From: an uncultured delta proteobacterium
GTDB lineage: Bacteria > Desulfobacterota > Binatia > UBA9968
DNA length: 64,000 nt
Assembly (NCBI GenBank): GCA_963771465.1
Contig: CAVYTU010000013.1
Location: 416,001 to 480,000, forward strand
Direction: 5' to 3'
A model generated the notes under the pieces. That model worked only from the letters and a program-made list of their open reading frames with translations. It made no database searches and had not been told where the DNA came from. Below, piece after piece: positions 43,320 to 53,001 of this stretch. A program made the position numbers and the translations under genes. Numbering within the stretch: position 1 is the stretch's first letter; each line of letters starts with the position of its first letter.

Positions 43320-43650
43320 AACTTCTACATATAGAACGAAGCGTGATGTTGTCAACCCGGAAAAATTCGCCTTTGGGCAACGGGCGAGGATCGGCGCCGC
43401 AAGTGTGCTAGGTTTTCGGCAACGTGTGAGTGCATCCTGGGTGGCAAGTCTTGAATCTTGACATTTCTAACTTCAGAATTTTGTTTCGTTCACACCGCAC
43501 AGGCACTTTGAATTGACAATTACGTCCACGCCGCCCTCCGTTGCTCACTCGCACGATTTGGGCGCGCTGACCCTCGTGCTGCTGGAGTGATGCTGCGCTC
43601 CGAAGCAAGGTCACAAGTTTGAATCTTGTCGGGTGCGCGAGACTCAAAGC

Positions 43651-43741
43651 CTTACTCGGGCGCATACACCACGATGTATCCACGGCAGGCCAACTGCTTC
43701 GCTGTCGTGGCCACATCGACGCGATTGTTGGCGAGACTCAC
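43651..43741 (-). repeat. Orphan copy (91 bp) of the 3' end of the YncE-like gene, including the stop codon
   Basis: 85/91 identical to 45659-45749 by manual count. Confidence 0.95.
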
Positions 43742-43783
43742 GATCGAGCACGCAATAAAAGACTAGATTCCTTGCGGGACGTA

Positions 43784-44350
43784 CTACTTAATTCGCTTCG
43801 GGATACGGCCCGCGTCAACCTCCGCCTTGAGTAGCGGCAGCATGCCACCGGCTGCCAATTTCTTGATGATAAAGGGCGGCATGGGCTCGAACTTGAGTTC
43901 GACGCCCGAGGAAATGTTGCTGAGGCGTCCGTTTTCGAGATCGACTTCGAGCTCATCGCCTTGTTTAACCGCATCGAGAATCCCGACAAGCTCAACTACC
44001 GGAAGCCCGCGTTCTATCGAATTTCTGAAAAAATAGGGAGACGACGTGTCGCAAAGCACGGCGGCTACGCCCGCCCCGAGGATGGACAGACAGGCATGAT
44101 CGTGATCATGTCCGAACCCCATGAATTCGCCGACGATGAAATCTCCCTTGCGAACCTTCTTGGGAAAATCGGGATCCAAATTGACCATACAGTACTTACC
44201 GATCTCCTCCGCCGTATACATGCCTTTTTCCTGCAGCCCCTGATAAGTCCGATAACCGCATATCTCCCAGTCGACGTCCAAAACACCGCGAAACACCCAG
44301 GCGTTTCCTCTCATCGGCTTCATCTGTCCCAGCTTCCCATCCTCCGTCAT
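43784..44350 (-). CDS. Divergent aconitase-family small (swivel) subunit, LeuD-like
   Basis: DPDFPKKVRKGDFIV, FFRNSIERGLPV, GDELEVDLENG; GSSRE replaced by GHDHDH. Confidence 0.85.
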   Translation of the reverse strand: MTEDGKLGQMKPMRGNAWVFRGVLDVDWEICGYRTYQGLQEKGMYTAEEIGKYCMVNLDPDFPKKVRKGDFIVGEFMGFGHDHDHACLSILGAGVAAVLCDTSSPYFFRNSIERGLPVVELVGILDAVKQGDELEVDLENGRLSNISSGVELKFEPMPPFIIKKLAAGGMLPLLKAEVDAGRIPKRIK

Positions 44351-45615
44351 AGATATTTTCTCGGATCGGTGATTTGCCCCTCCAAACACGAGGCGGCCAC
44401 GGTCATCGGGTTAGCCAAATAGATTTGCGCTTCTTCGCTGCCCATGCGCCCGGGATAGTTGGTTTGACCCGAGGCGATGCACACCTCGTCGGCCGAGAGC
44501 GGTGTATTGCCGCCCCATTCCATGCCCTCGTTGGGAATGGGCACGACACACTCGGCGTCGATGAAGGTGCCTATCAGGCCTTCATCCAGCGCCTGGCGCA
44601 GTATGTTGGTCGTGCCTGGAGTGATGTTGAGCACGACGCGCGGATGGATTTTTTTGCCCTTCAAGATCCGCGCGGCCATGCGCAAGTGTTCGATCCAGCT
44701 CCCGGCGTCGCTGCCGATGAATCCGCGGTCGATGGCGGTTCCTTCGAGTTCCTTGATCGATTTGACCAGATGGCGCTTCGGCGGCGGCACGACTTGCGGC
44801 TCCAAGCGGCTGACGTCGAGCTCAAAAACTTTGACATAATGCGCGTCCGGATCGCTTACTTGAGGCTCAAAATTCTCGTTTGTGCGCGCGCGCACGTAGT
44901 CAAGCGTCTTTTGATCCGGATTGATGATCGCCGTCCAGGCGCCGGTGAAAAGCGCCAGGGAGCAGAGCGAAAAACGCTCGCCCATACTCAAATCATTAAT
45001 AACCGGGCCCGTCCATTCGAGGGCGCCGCCACCTGCCCCCGTCGGCCCGATCCGGGATAAGAAATGTTCGAACACGTCGCGCGCGCAGGTGCCGGCAGGC
45101 AAATCTCCATTGACGACGATCTTGATGCTGCGGGGAACTCTCATCCAGGTTTTGCCGGTCATGAAATATTCGCCGCGGCCGTAAGAAAGCGTCGTGGCGA
45201 AGGCGCCCAACGCGCCGCTGCCGCTCGAATGCCCGTTGACGGCTTGTAAGTAAACCTCCCCGGGCAACGCCCAAGCCCTTTCGGCGGAAAACATGTTTTC
45301 AATGCCGGATCTACCAAGAGAATAAATATTCTCTTGGGGAATGCCGACCGCTTTGGCCCATTTTCTCGCGCGCATGCGTGAGCGCGCCGCACTGTGCGAA
45401 GCGGTGGCGCCGAGATGACCGTCGATGATTCGGATGAGCTTGGGGTCGAAAACGCCGACTTTCCATTCGGCGCAAAATTCTACGCCGCCGCGCAAGCTGC
45501 CGGCGTTTCCCATGGGCGTCGGACATCTGCTGCCAACTTCGATGTAGTCACCAGGCGAAACCTCTCCGCGGCCGGCGGCTTTGGCGAGAATTTTTTCGGT
45601 GATGGTTTTTCCCAT
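44347..45615 (-). CDS. Divergent aconitase-family large subunit, LeuC-like, lacking Fe-S cysteines
   Basis: MGKTITEKILAKA, GALGAFA, W.RVP.SI, SDPDA.Y, NYPGRMGS..YLANP.TVAAS..G.ITDPR; 4-nt overlap with small subunit. Confidence 0.88.
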   Translation of the reverse strand: MGKTITEKILAKAAGRGEVSPGDYIEVGSRCPTPMGNAGSLRGGVEFCAEWKVGVFDPKLIRIIDGHLGATASHSAARSRMRARKWAKAVGIPQENIYSLGRSGIENMFSAERAWALPGEVYLQAVNGHSSGSGALGAFATTLSYGRGEYFMTGKTWMRVPRSIKIVVNGDLPAGTCARDVFEHFLSRIGPTGAGGGALEWTGPVINDLSMGERFSLCSLALFTGAWTAIINPDQKTLDYVRARTNENFEPQVSDPDAHYVKVFELDVSRLEPQVVPPPKRHLVKSIKELEGTAIDRGFIGSDAGSWIEHLRMAARILKGKKIHPRVVLNITPGTTNILRQALDEGLIGTFIDAECVVPIPNEGMEWGGNTPLSADEVCIASGQTNYPGRMGSEEAQIYLANPMTVAASCLEGQITDPRKYL

Positions 45616-45658
45616 GCACGTCGTCCGATGCGCCCCGAGCGTATGTCGACGAGAGGAT

Positions 45659-45749
45659 CTTACTCCGGCGCATAAACCACGATGCATCCACGGCAGGCCA
45701 ACTCCTTCGCGGTCGTGGCCACATAGACGCGATTGTTGGCGAGACTCAC
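45659..45749 (-). repeat. 3' end of the YncE-like gene (source of the copies at 43651 and 42202)
   Basis: Direct sequence comparison. Confidence 0.95.
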
Positions 45750-46730
45750 CGCGAGCGAGCGCGCGCCATTGGACGTCGGGATTTGTTGCAGGCCCTTTTT
45801 CGTCTTGGTGTCGACCACCATCAAAGTTCCACCGGAGGTGGAATGGTAGTACTGGCCGAGCTTGCGATTCATCGTCGAGCCGCCGTTGCCGCCGTATCCC
45901 GCGAGAACGGTTTCCACCTTGCCGGCCGCGATATCGAAGATCGCCATGTTGCCGCCGGGCTTGGAAGACGGGCCGTGGGCGCTGCTGCAACCGAGGAAAA
46001 TGGTCGAGTCCGAGACGATGGAGAGACTATGCGGATAACAGTCGAGTTCGTGCAGCTTCACGAGCTTGCCGGTTTTGGGATCGGTCTGCGCCAGCAATCC
46101 CTTGGCGGTGTCCGCGCGCGATACCGGAATGGCTGTGTAGAACATGCGGCTTGGCGCGTGATAGGCGGAGCGCTCCAGGTTCTCGCCGGATTCCGGAATA
46201 GGGATCTTTGCGAGGATTTTGTGATCGGGCGCCGTCGAGATGAAGCTGAGGTACGGCGGATCCTCGTTCGAATTGGCGACGATGACGACGCCGATGTCTT
46301 CGCCCAAGGCCATGCCGTTGGCGCGCTTCTTTCCGCCGGTGGCGATCGTCGCCGTGATTTGGTTCGTCTTGGTGTCGACCACCTTGATCGTGCTGTCGCC
46401 GTCGCTCACCCATAGTTCGGCGCCGCCCTTGACGATCAGGACGCCATTGGGCCCCGAAGCATCGCCATCCTTCACCCGTCCGATGAAGCCCGGTATGCGC
46501 GCGACGAATTTGTCGGTCTTGGTGTCGAAGACGATGACGGATTTGTTGGTCTTGTCGGCGAGATAGCCGAGGCCCGTCGTCTGGTCGATGTCCATGATGC
46601 CGATGTCGGTGACCGGATCACCGGGAACTGAAATTTCTGCGACCTGTTTCAGGCCTGCGGCCTGCGCGGGACTAGCGGCGATCATGGCGGCGAGTGCGGC
46701 AACGATCACGGATTTGGAACGCAACATCAT
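45660..46730 (-). CDS. Secreted YncE/YVTN-like beta-propeller protein
   Basis: Signal peptide ending AQA, repeated VxDTKT blades, C-terminal CRGC; GAGGGAG RBS. Confidence 0.8.
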   Translation of the reverse strand: MMLRSKSVIVAALAAMIAASPAQAAGLKQVAEISVPGDPVTDIGIMDIDQTTGLGYLADKTNKSVIVFDTKTDKFVARIPGFIGRVKDGDASGPNGVLIVKGGAELWVSDGDSTIKVVDTKTNQITATIATGGKKRANGMALGEDIGVVIVANSNEDPPYLSFISTAPDHKILAKIPIPESGENLERSAYHAPSRMFYTAIPVSRADTAKGLLAQTDPKTGKLVKLHELDCYPHSLSIVSDSTIFLGCSSAHGPSSKPGGNMAIFDIAAGKVETVLAGYGGNGGSTMNRKLGQYYHSTSGGTLMVVDTKTKKGLQQIPTSNGARSLAVSLANNRVYVATTAKELACRGCIVVYAPE

Positions 46731-46984
46731 CGGCTCCCTCCCTGTAGCTTTTCTTGGCAAGCATTGGCGTCATATTATTACGATCGGACCCATGGACGCA
46801 TCACTACAACAGAGAGAGCCATAATGAAAGCTCTTTGAGCTACAAGCGAAAGCTGAAGTACGGCTCGTCGTAGTCGAGCCGTCGCCTCTTCTAACTGCAC
46901 ACTTCTCCGAGCTTAAGCCTCATCTCTTCCTATTCCGCCTCGGACGGGCGCGCATTGAAATCGACCCAAATATGTTTGATGTTA

Positions 46985-47018
46985 TGCCGACGATTCGGCA
47001 AATGCTGAAATCTCGGCA
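46985..47018. promoter_or_regulatory. Tandem UAS palindromes TGCYGA-N4-TCRGCA, copy 1
   Basis: TGCCGA-cgat-TCGGCA and TGCTGA-aatc-TCGGCA. Confidence 0.6.
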
Positions 47019-47060
47019 GTCTCTTTGGTGCTCATTGTAAACATTTCAGAAAGTTACACG

Positions 47061-47075
47061 TGGTCTTTTCATTGC
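47061..47075 (+). promoter_or_regulatory. sigma54 promoter, copy 1
   Basis: TGGTCTTTTCATTGC; conserved in the duplicate at 53963. Confidence 0.65.
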
Positions 47076-47112
47076 ATTTATCTTCTGTCGTTCACGACGC
47101 AGAAATTACAGA

Positions 47113-47190
47113 TGGGCGAAGACGGCCATTCGTCTGAACATCGGTTGCGAGCGGAGCATCCGATGAATTCAAGACGCAAATAATGAGGTG
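47113..47190 (+). pseudogene. Decayed remnant of the STAS-like gene (compare 54014-54277)
   Basis: CGGAGCATC..GATGAATTCAAGAC.CAAATA matches about 54083-54115. Confidence 0.65.
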
Positions 47191-47271
47191 TTCCAGCTCA
47201 CTCAAAGGAAACAGGACGATGTACAAAGGAATTGGTCGACAAGCGCTTGATCAATGGGACGGGATATCCAT

Positions 47272-47943
47272 ATGAAAACTGACACGAAGCTCATCTCGGT
47301 CAATGTTGGCCTGCCGCGTACCGTCATGAGCAATGGCGATCCGGTATCGACAGGAATTTTTAAAGAGCCGGTGGCGGGCCGTGTCATGCTTAGAACCCTC
47401 AACCTTGACGGTGACCGGCAGGCTGATCTTTCCGTACATGGCGGACCCAGCAAGGCAGTCTACGCTTATCCCTCCGAACACTACGACTACTGGACGCACG
47501 AATTTCCTGAGATGAAACTACCTTGGGGCATGTTCGGCGAGAACTTCACGACCGCGGGACTGCTTGAAACGGAGTTAAACGTCGGTGACAAATTTCGCGT
47601 CGGCTCTGCCATCGTGATGGCGACCGAGCCGCGCATGCCTTGTTACAAGCTCGGCATCAGATTCGGCCGCTCCGACATCATCAAAAGATTCCTGGCGAGC
47701 GAGCGCACGGGAATCTATTTTGCGGTGCTGCAAGAGGGCGAAGTCGGAGCAGGCGACCCGATGGAACTCATCGAAAAAAGCCAAGACAGTGTAAGACTCA
47801 GCGATATCACCGCACTTTATACCCGCGAGAAGCATAACGTCGGATTGCTTCGTCGCGCGATCGAAGTGGCGACGCTTCCCGAAAGTTGGAAGGACTATTT
47901 CCGCCAGCGGCTTGCGAAATTGACCGGTTCTTCACGGGAATGA
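47272..47943 (+). CDS. MOSC domain protein, YiiM-like (copy 1)
   Basis: TGIFKEPV, GDRQADLSVHGG, FGENFTT, PRMPCYKL, 3-alpha tail. Confidence 0.93.
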   Translation: MKTDTKLISVNVGLPRTVMSNGDPVSTGIFKEPVAGRVMLRTLNLDGDRQADLSVHGGPSKAVYAYPSEHYDYWTHEFPEMKLPWGMFGENFTTAGLLETELNVGDKFRVGSAIVMATEPRMPCYKLGIRFGRSDIIKRFLASERTGIYFAVLQEGEVGAGDPMELIEKSQDSVRLSDITALYTREKHNVGLLRRAIEVATLPESWKDYFRQRLAKLTGSSRE

Positions 47944-48091
47944 CGCGCCACTCGCGATAGTGGCATTAAGGCCGATAGGAGAGGTGCTGGCCGACGATTT
48001 CACCAGGGAAGTTAACGAAGCCTGGGCAATGAGCAGCCGAGGTATTTGAATCCGCCGGAAATCGGCTGAACGCCTTTTGGAAGCATCCATC

Positions 48092-49181
48092 ATGAAAGCA
48101 TACCAGCTCTTGCTCGCCGCAATACTCGCCAGCGCAATCGGCGTCGCCGATCGAGACCTTAGCCGCGGACAAAAGCGTGGCGCAGCAGATGCCGCCCGCG
48201 GCGGTTCGATTACCCATTGAAGGCGAGTTGCCTTCTCTCGGCGGCGCGACCGGATGGCTCAACTCGCCGCCATTGACGGCCGCCGGCCTGCGCGGAAAAG
48301 TCGTCCTCATCGACGTCTGGACCTACACCTGCATCAATTGGCTACGCCAGCTTCCCTATGTCCGCGCGTGGGCCGCGAAATACAAGAATCAAGGATTGGT
48401 GGTGATCGGCGTGCACGCGCCGGAGTTCGCATTCGAGAAAAACCTCGACAACGTGCGCCGAGCCGCGAAGGACATGAGGGTCGATTATCCGATCGCGATC
48501 GATAATGACTTTGCGATATGGCGTGCTCTCAAGAACCAATATTGGCCGGCGCTCTATTTCGTCGATGCGCAGGGTAAGATTCGCCATCATCATTTCGGCG
48601 AGGGCGAATACGAACAGTCGGAGAGGATCATTCAACAATTGCTCGCCGAGGGCGGCAAGCGCCGGCATCGGTACGGAACTGGTTTCGGTCGATGGCCGTG
48701 GCGTGGAAGCTGCCGCCGATTGGGGCAGTTTAAAATCGCCGGAAAACTATCTCGGCTATGAGCGCACCGAGAACTTTGCCTCTCCCGGCGGCGCAGTGTT
48801 GGACAAGCGTCGCGTCTATGCTGTCCCCGCGCGGTTGAGACTCAATCAATGGGCCCTTTCGGGTGATTGGACGGTGCAGAAACAGGCCACTGTGTTGAAC
48901 CAGGCCAACGGGCGGATCGCCTACCGCTTTCACGCCCGCGATCTTCATCTCGTCATGGGACCGGCAGCGCGAGGAACTTCCGTGCGCTTTCGCGTGCTCA
49001 TCGATGGACAAGCCGCCGGGCGCTGCGCACGGCATTGACGTTGACGACCAAGGCAACGGCACGGTTAGCGAACAGCGGATTGTATCAGCTGATCCGACAA
49101 CCGAAGCCCATCGCCGATCGACAGTTCGAGATCGAGTTTCTCGATGCGGGCGTGGAGGCTTTTGCGTTCACGTTCGGCTGA
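48092..49181 (+). CDS. DipZ-like redoxin (thioredoxin fold + C-terminal domain), several frameshifts
   Basis: WLNSPPL..GKVVLIDVWTYTCINW, HAPEFAFEK, SPENYLG, FHARDLHLVMG, ends EAFAFTFG. Confidence 0.85.
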
Positions 49182-49441
49182 TCCACGGCAGAGGCTATGC
49201 ACTCGATCACGGCGCCCCGGCGGTGGCCTCGATCTGGTGATTAACGGGGAATGCTCAACGGACAGTTCTTGCTCGGCGAACTCAACACCCATCTCCTTTA
49301 CGAAAGGAACCCAACCATGCTCCTCGAGAACCTGCAGCACCTGGCGAAAGTCGGCAGTCTCGTGCCTTCATGTGAGCGCTAGACGGCGTTCGGCAGAATC
49401 AATACTCCTGACCAAGCGATCTTTCGGAAAGGGGACCAGCC

Positions 49442-50395
49442 ATGACTGAACCAGCACAGATGACAAGTTTTCGCGCAACCTTGGCTGCGGCCGCAGTAGG
49501 CCTGTGCCTGCTCACGCCCGCCAGTGACGCGCAGACCATTATCACCAACGAAACGAAGAGAACACAAAGTGAGATGGCTTTTGAGACGCTCACCGTGCGC
49601 AAGGAAGGCGCCGTTTTGTTCGCGGAAATTGCCGCCCCGCCGATGAATCTTTTGGGCCCAGAACTGGTCCGCGATCTGGTCTCCCTAATCAAGCAAGCCG
49701 AGGCCGACGACGCATTCAAGGTGCTCGTGTTCAAGAGCGCCGACCCCGACTATTTCATTCCCCACGTCGACGTGACCCGGATCAAAGAGTACCGGGAGGA
49801 GGCGGCGAAGCTGACCGGCGAAGCGTCGATCGCCCTCCTGTTTCGCCATCTGAGCGCAAGCCGCCTCGTCACGATCGCGCAGATCGAGGGTCGCGTACGC
49901 GGCGCCGGCAGCGAGTTCGTGCTGGCGTGCGACATGCGCTTTGCCGCGCGGGAGTCAGCGATCTTCAGTCAGCCGGAGCCGGCGTTCGGTCTGATCCCCG
50001 GCGGAGGCGGCGCCCAACACCTCGCGCGCCTCATGGGCCGAGCCAGGGCGCTCGAAGTCATGTTGAGCGCGGACGATTACGACGCGGAGCTGGCTGAACG
50101 GTACGGTTGGATTAACCGAGCGTTGCCCGCCAAGGCGCTCGGCGATTTCGTCAGATCGCTTGCTCATCGGATCGCCGGATTTCCGGCCGCCGGCCAAGTC
50201 GCGGTCAAGGAGCGGGTCAATGCGATCGCTCTCGCGCCGGCCGAGGACTTCCGTCGCGATTCCGATCTCTTCGGCGAGGGCTCGCGCAACCCCGAGGTCC
50301 AGAGCCGGTTCCAAGCCGCGCTAAAGCGCGGCTTCCAGACTCGAGATGCGGAAATGTCCCTGGGCCGGTTGCTGGGCGACCTGGTTGACCGTTGA
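49442..50395 (+). CDS. Enoyl-CoA hydratase/isomerase (crotonase) family protein with signal-peptide-like extension
   Basis: IAQIEGRVRGAGSEFVLACD.R, QPE..FGLIPGGGG, A.LAERYGWIN. Confidence 0.9.
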   Translation: MTEPAQMTSFRATLAAAAVGLCLLTPASDAQTIITNETKRTQSEMAFETLTVRKEGAVLFAEIAAPPMNLLGPELVRDLVSLIKQAEADDAFKVLVFKSADPDYFIPHVDVTRIKEYREEAAKLTGEASIALLFRHLSASRLVTIAQIEGRVRGAGSEFVLACDMRFAARESAIFSQPEPAFGLIPGGGGAQHLARLMGRARALEVMLSADDYDAELAERYGWINRALPAKALGDFVRSLAHRIAGFPAAGQVAVKERVNAIALAPAEDFRRDSDLFGEGSRNPEVQSRFQAALKRGFQTRDAEMSLGRLLGDLVDR

Positions 50396-50468
50396 TCGAA
50401 TGGAATACATCGCTGGCGATCACTTCGTGCGCATTCGTGGAGTCGCGAATGCTTAGGAGGAAAAAAAC

Positions 50469-51386
50469 ATGGCAAATCCCATTCTGGTCACCGGCGCGGC
50501 GGGCCGCGTCGGCGCGGTAGGGCGCACGGTCACCGAGCTGCTGTTGAAGCAAGGCAAAGCGGTGCGCGCGATGGTGCGAAATGAAGACGAACGCGCGCAG
50601 GCGTTGCGCGACATGGGTGCGGAGGTCGTGGTCGGCGATCTGCTCGATCTCGATTCGATGCATAGGGTGATTGCCGGCTGCGAGACGATGTACTTCGGCA
50701 TGTCGGTTTCGGATACCTATCTGGCCGCGACGGTCAATGCGGCGGCGGTGGCGAAGCATCACGGCGTGAAGGCGTTCATCAATATGTCGCAGATGACGCT
50801 CGCACAGATGAGCATTACCGAAACCACCCCGAGCCCGCAGCACAAGCTGCACTGGCTCGCCGAGCAGGCGCTGAACTGGTCCGGTCTGCCGGTCGTGCAC
50901 GTGCGGCCGACAGTGCTTCTCGAAGGCTTCTTCCTGATTTTCACTGCGGATTCGGTCAGGGAATCAAATCAGATCAGACTACCGTTCGGCGAGGGCAAGA
51001 CTTCGCCGGTCGCAGTGGAAGACGTTGCACGTGTGCTCGCCACGCTGCTCGCCAATCCGCAGCCGCACATCGGCAAGATCTATCACCTGACCGGTCCGCA
51101 GTCGGAGAACATGCATTTCTATGCACAGGAGTATTCGAAGGCGCTTGGCCGCACGATCACCTTTCAGGACATTCCGGTCGAGCCGTGGCGGGACGGGCTG
51201 CTCGAGCGCGGCTTGCCGGTTCACCTGGTGAACCACCTCGCGACGATGGCCGATCTGCACCGCGCGGGACGCTACGACCGGATGTCGGACGACGTGCGCA
51301 CGCTAACGGGGCAAGGGCCGCTGAGCGTGCAGGAGTTCGTCAGGAAGAATGCGGCGACATTCACCGCGTCGGCAAAAGCGGCCTGA
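50469..51386 (+). CDS. NmrA-like NAD(P)H-binding protein
   Basis: ILVTGAAGRVGAVG, HWLAEQAL, VAVEDVA, YHLTGP. Confidence 0.9.
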   Translation: MANPILVTGAAGRVGAVGRTVTELLLKQGKAVRAMVRNEDERAQALRDMGAEVVVGDLLDLDSMHRVIAGCETMYFGMSVSDTYLAATVNAAAVAKHHGVKAFINMSQMTLAQMSITETTPSPQHKLHWLAEQALNWSGLPVVHVRPTVLLEGFFLIFTADSVRESNQIRLPFGEGKTSPVAVEDVARVLATLLANPQPHIGKIYHLTGPQSENMHFYAQEYSKALGRTITFQDIPVEPWRDGLLERGLPVHLVNHLATMADLHRAGRYDRMSDDVRTLTGQGPLSVQEFVRKNAATFTASAKAA

Positions 51387-51461
51387 GTGTCTGCGGATGC
51401 CATGCGCCCACATGGTTGCGCGCGCATCTGCATCGCACGCCGGCGAATAGGAGGAAAAAAC

Positions 51462-52247
51462 ATGGCAAAAGTGACGTATGACAAAGAGCTCACCGCACTT
51501 CTGGTGATCGATCCGTACAACGATTTCATTTCCGAGGGAGGCAAGGTATGGGATCGCTTGAAGGCGGTTGCAGAACAAAACGGTTGTGTTCCTCATATGT
51601 TGCAGGTCCTGAATGCGGCGCGGAAGGCGGAGCTTCGCGTCTTTTATGCGCTGCATCGTCGATACCGTCCAGGCGACTACGAGAGTTGGAAGTACATTGC
51701 GCCTGTCCAGAAGGCAGCGTGGTCGCGGAAGACCTTCGAATACGGCACGTGGGGCGGCGAGATCCGCAGCGAATTCGTACCGCAAGCCGGCGACATCGTG
51801 GCGCTCGAGCATTGGTGCTCCAGTGGTTTTGCCAATACTGATTTGGATTTGCAGCTCAAGAAACACGGCATCCATCAGCTCATCGTCATGGGACTCATCG
51901 CACACACCTGTGTGGAGGCAACTGTTCGTTATGCCGCTGAGCTTGGCTACGAGGTCACGATGGTAAAAGACGCGACCGCGAGTTACTCGGATGAGGAGAT
52001 GCATGCCGCTCTCGACATCAATATCCCGAACTACGCCAGTGCCATTGTGACTACAGATGAAATCATTGACTCGATCTGCTTCTCTCTCAACAATCGGCTG
52101 GAAATTTATAGGAGGATTTATGGAAACTACCAAAATCGCAAAAGTCGAGTCGGTCGACATGAAGCTCGAAGTCGTGGTACTCGGCGTTTCCGACGTCGAC
52201 CGCGCCAAGGCGTTCTATCAAAATCTCGGCTGGCGGCTCGACGCTGA
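51462..52247 (+). CDS. Isochorismatase-family cysteine hydrolase (true stop probably near 52100)
   Basis: ALLVIDPYNDF, SSGFANTDL, GLIAHTCVEATVR; ORF tail overlaps the next gene. Confidence 0.88.
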   Translation: MAKVTYDKELTALLVIDPYNDFISEGGKVWDRLKAVAEQNGCVPHMLQVLNAARKAELRVFYALHRRYRPGDYESWKYIAPVQKAAWSRKTFEYGTWGGEIRSEFVPQAGDIVALEHWCSSGFANTDLDLQLKKHGIHQLIVMGLIAHTCVEATVRYAAELGYEVTMVKDATASYSDEEMHAALDINIPNYASAIVTTDEIIDSICFSLNNRLEIYRRIYGNYQNRKSRVGRHEARSRGTRRFRRRPRQGVLSKSRLAARR

Positions 52248-52818
52248 CTTCACGGCGGGCGACGACTTTCGCGTCGTGCAGCTGACGCCGCACAACTCGC
52301 CAGCCTCGATCATCTTCGGCAAAGGAGTCACGGCGGCGAAGCCCGGCTCGGCGGAGAGCCTGACCCTCGCCGTGAACGACATCGACGCCGCTCGCGACGA
52401 GTTGATCGCCCGCGGGGTCGACGTGAGCGAGGTCTTCCACTATGCCGGCGGCCCCTTCAACAACGCCGTGGAGAACCCGCGCGTCGGCGGGCCCGACCCG
52501 CAAGGTCGTTCCTACTACTCATTTGCCTCGTTCGAGGACCCGGACGGGAACGGCTGGCTGCTCCAGGAGATCCAGACGCGGCTCCCCGGCCGCGAGTGGA
52601 AGTCGCCGGCACAAGCCGTGGACGTTGCAACCCTTGCAGAGCTCCTCCACGAGACGGCGGAGCACCACGGCAACTTCGAGAAAACGCACGCCGAGCATCA
52701 CTGGTGGGACTGGTACGCGCCCTATCTGAGCGCGCGTCAGAACGGCAGCAGTCCGGAGATGGCAGAAGCCTCCGCCGATCGCTACATGGAGGAGATCCTT
52801 CATGTGCTTAGCCGATGA
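52120..52818 (+). CDS. VOC/glyoxalase protein with C-terminal extra domain
   Basis: MKLEVVVLGVSDVDRAKAFY, FEDPDGNGWLLQE; AGGAGG RBS. Confidence 0.88.
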   Translation: METTKIAKVESVDMKLEVVVLGVSDVDRAKAFYQNLGWRLDADFTAGDDFRVVQLTPHNSPASIIFGKGVTAAKPGSAESLTLAVNDIDAARDELIARGVDVSEVFHYAGGPFNNAVENPRVGGPDPQGRSYYSFASFEDPDGNGWLLQEIQTRLPGREWKSPAQAVDVATLAELLHETAEHHGNFEKTHAEHHWWDWYAPYLSARQNGSSPEMAEASADRYMEEILHVLSR

Positions 52819-52819
52819 T

Positions 52820-53001
52820 GTGTCCACCATTACCCTCGAAGATGATGCCAATGGTGCACCACACTCTGACGGCAGTTAATATGCCAAGAAATTCACGGGC
52901 AAGCGGACGCACCGTATCTCATCAAGGGCGTAGGGCACAATCTGCCTCAAGAAGCGCCGCAGGCCATTGCCTAAGCTGTCGTCGGAGTCGATGGTTACTG
53001 A
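52820..53001 (+). pseudogene. Decayed C-terminal fragment of an alpha/beta hydrolase
   Basis: Read manually: VSTITLEDDANGAPH..YAKKFTGK..GVGHNLPQEAPQA with in-frame stops and a frameshift. Confidence 0.7.

Noticed and set aside
42202-45749. Diversity-generating retroelement (TR/VR pair at a gene 3' end)
   Set aside because: Only 2 of 6 mismatches fall at adenines of the putative template on the coding strand, and no reverse transcriptase is in the window
45616-45990. N-terminal 124-aa extension of the LeuC-like ORF in the ORF track
   Set aside because: It overlaps the YncE-like gene in another frame; family similarity begins at MGKTITEKIL (45615)
46860-46882. Hairpin ACGGCTCG-N7-CGAGCCGT, with partial similarity near 53820
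   Set aside because: Too short and too few copies to call a REP or MITE
49180-49380. Protein-like fragment on the minus strand (LQVLEEHGWVPFVKEMGVEF)
   Set aside because: Could be a gene remnant, but I cannot assign a family or boundaries
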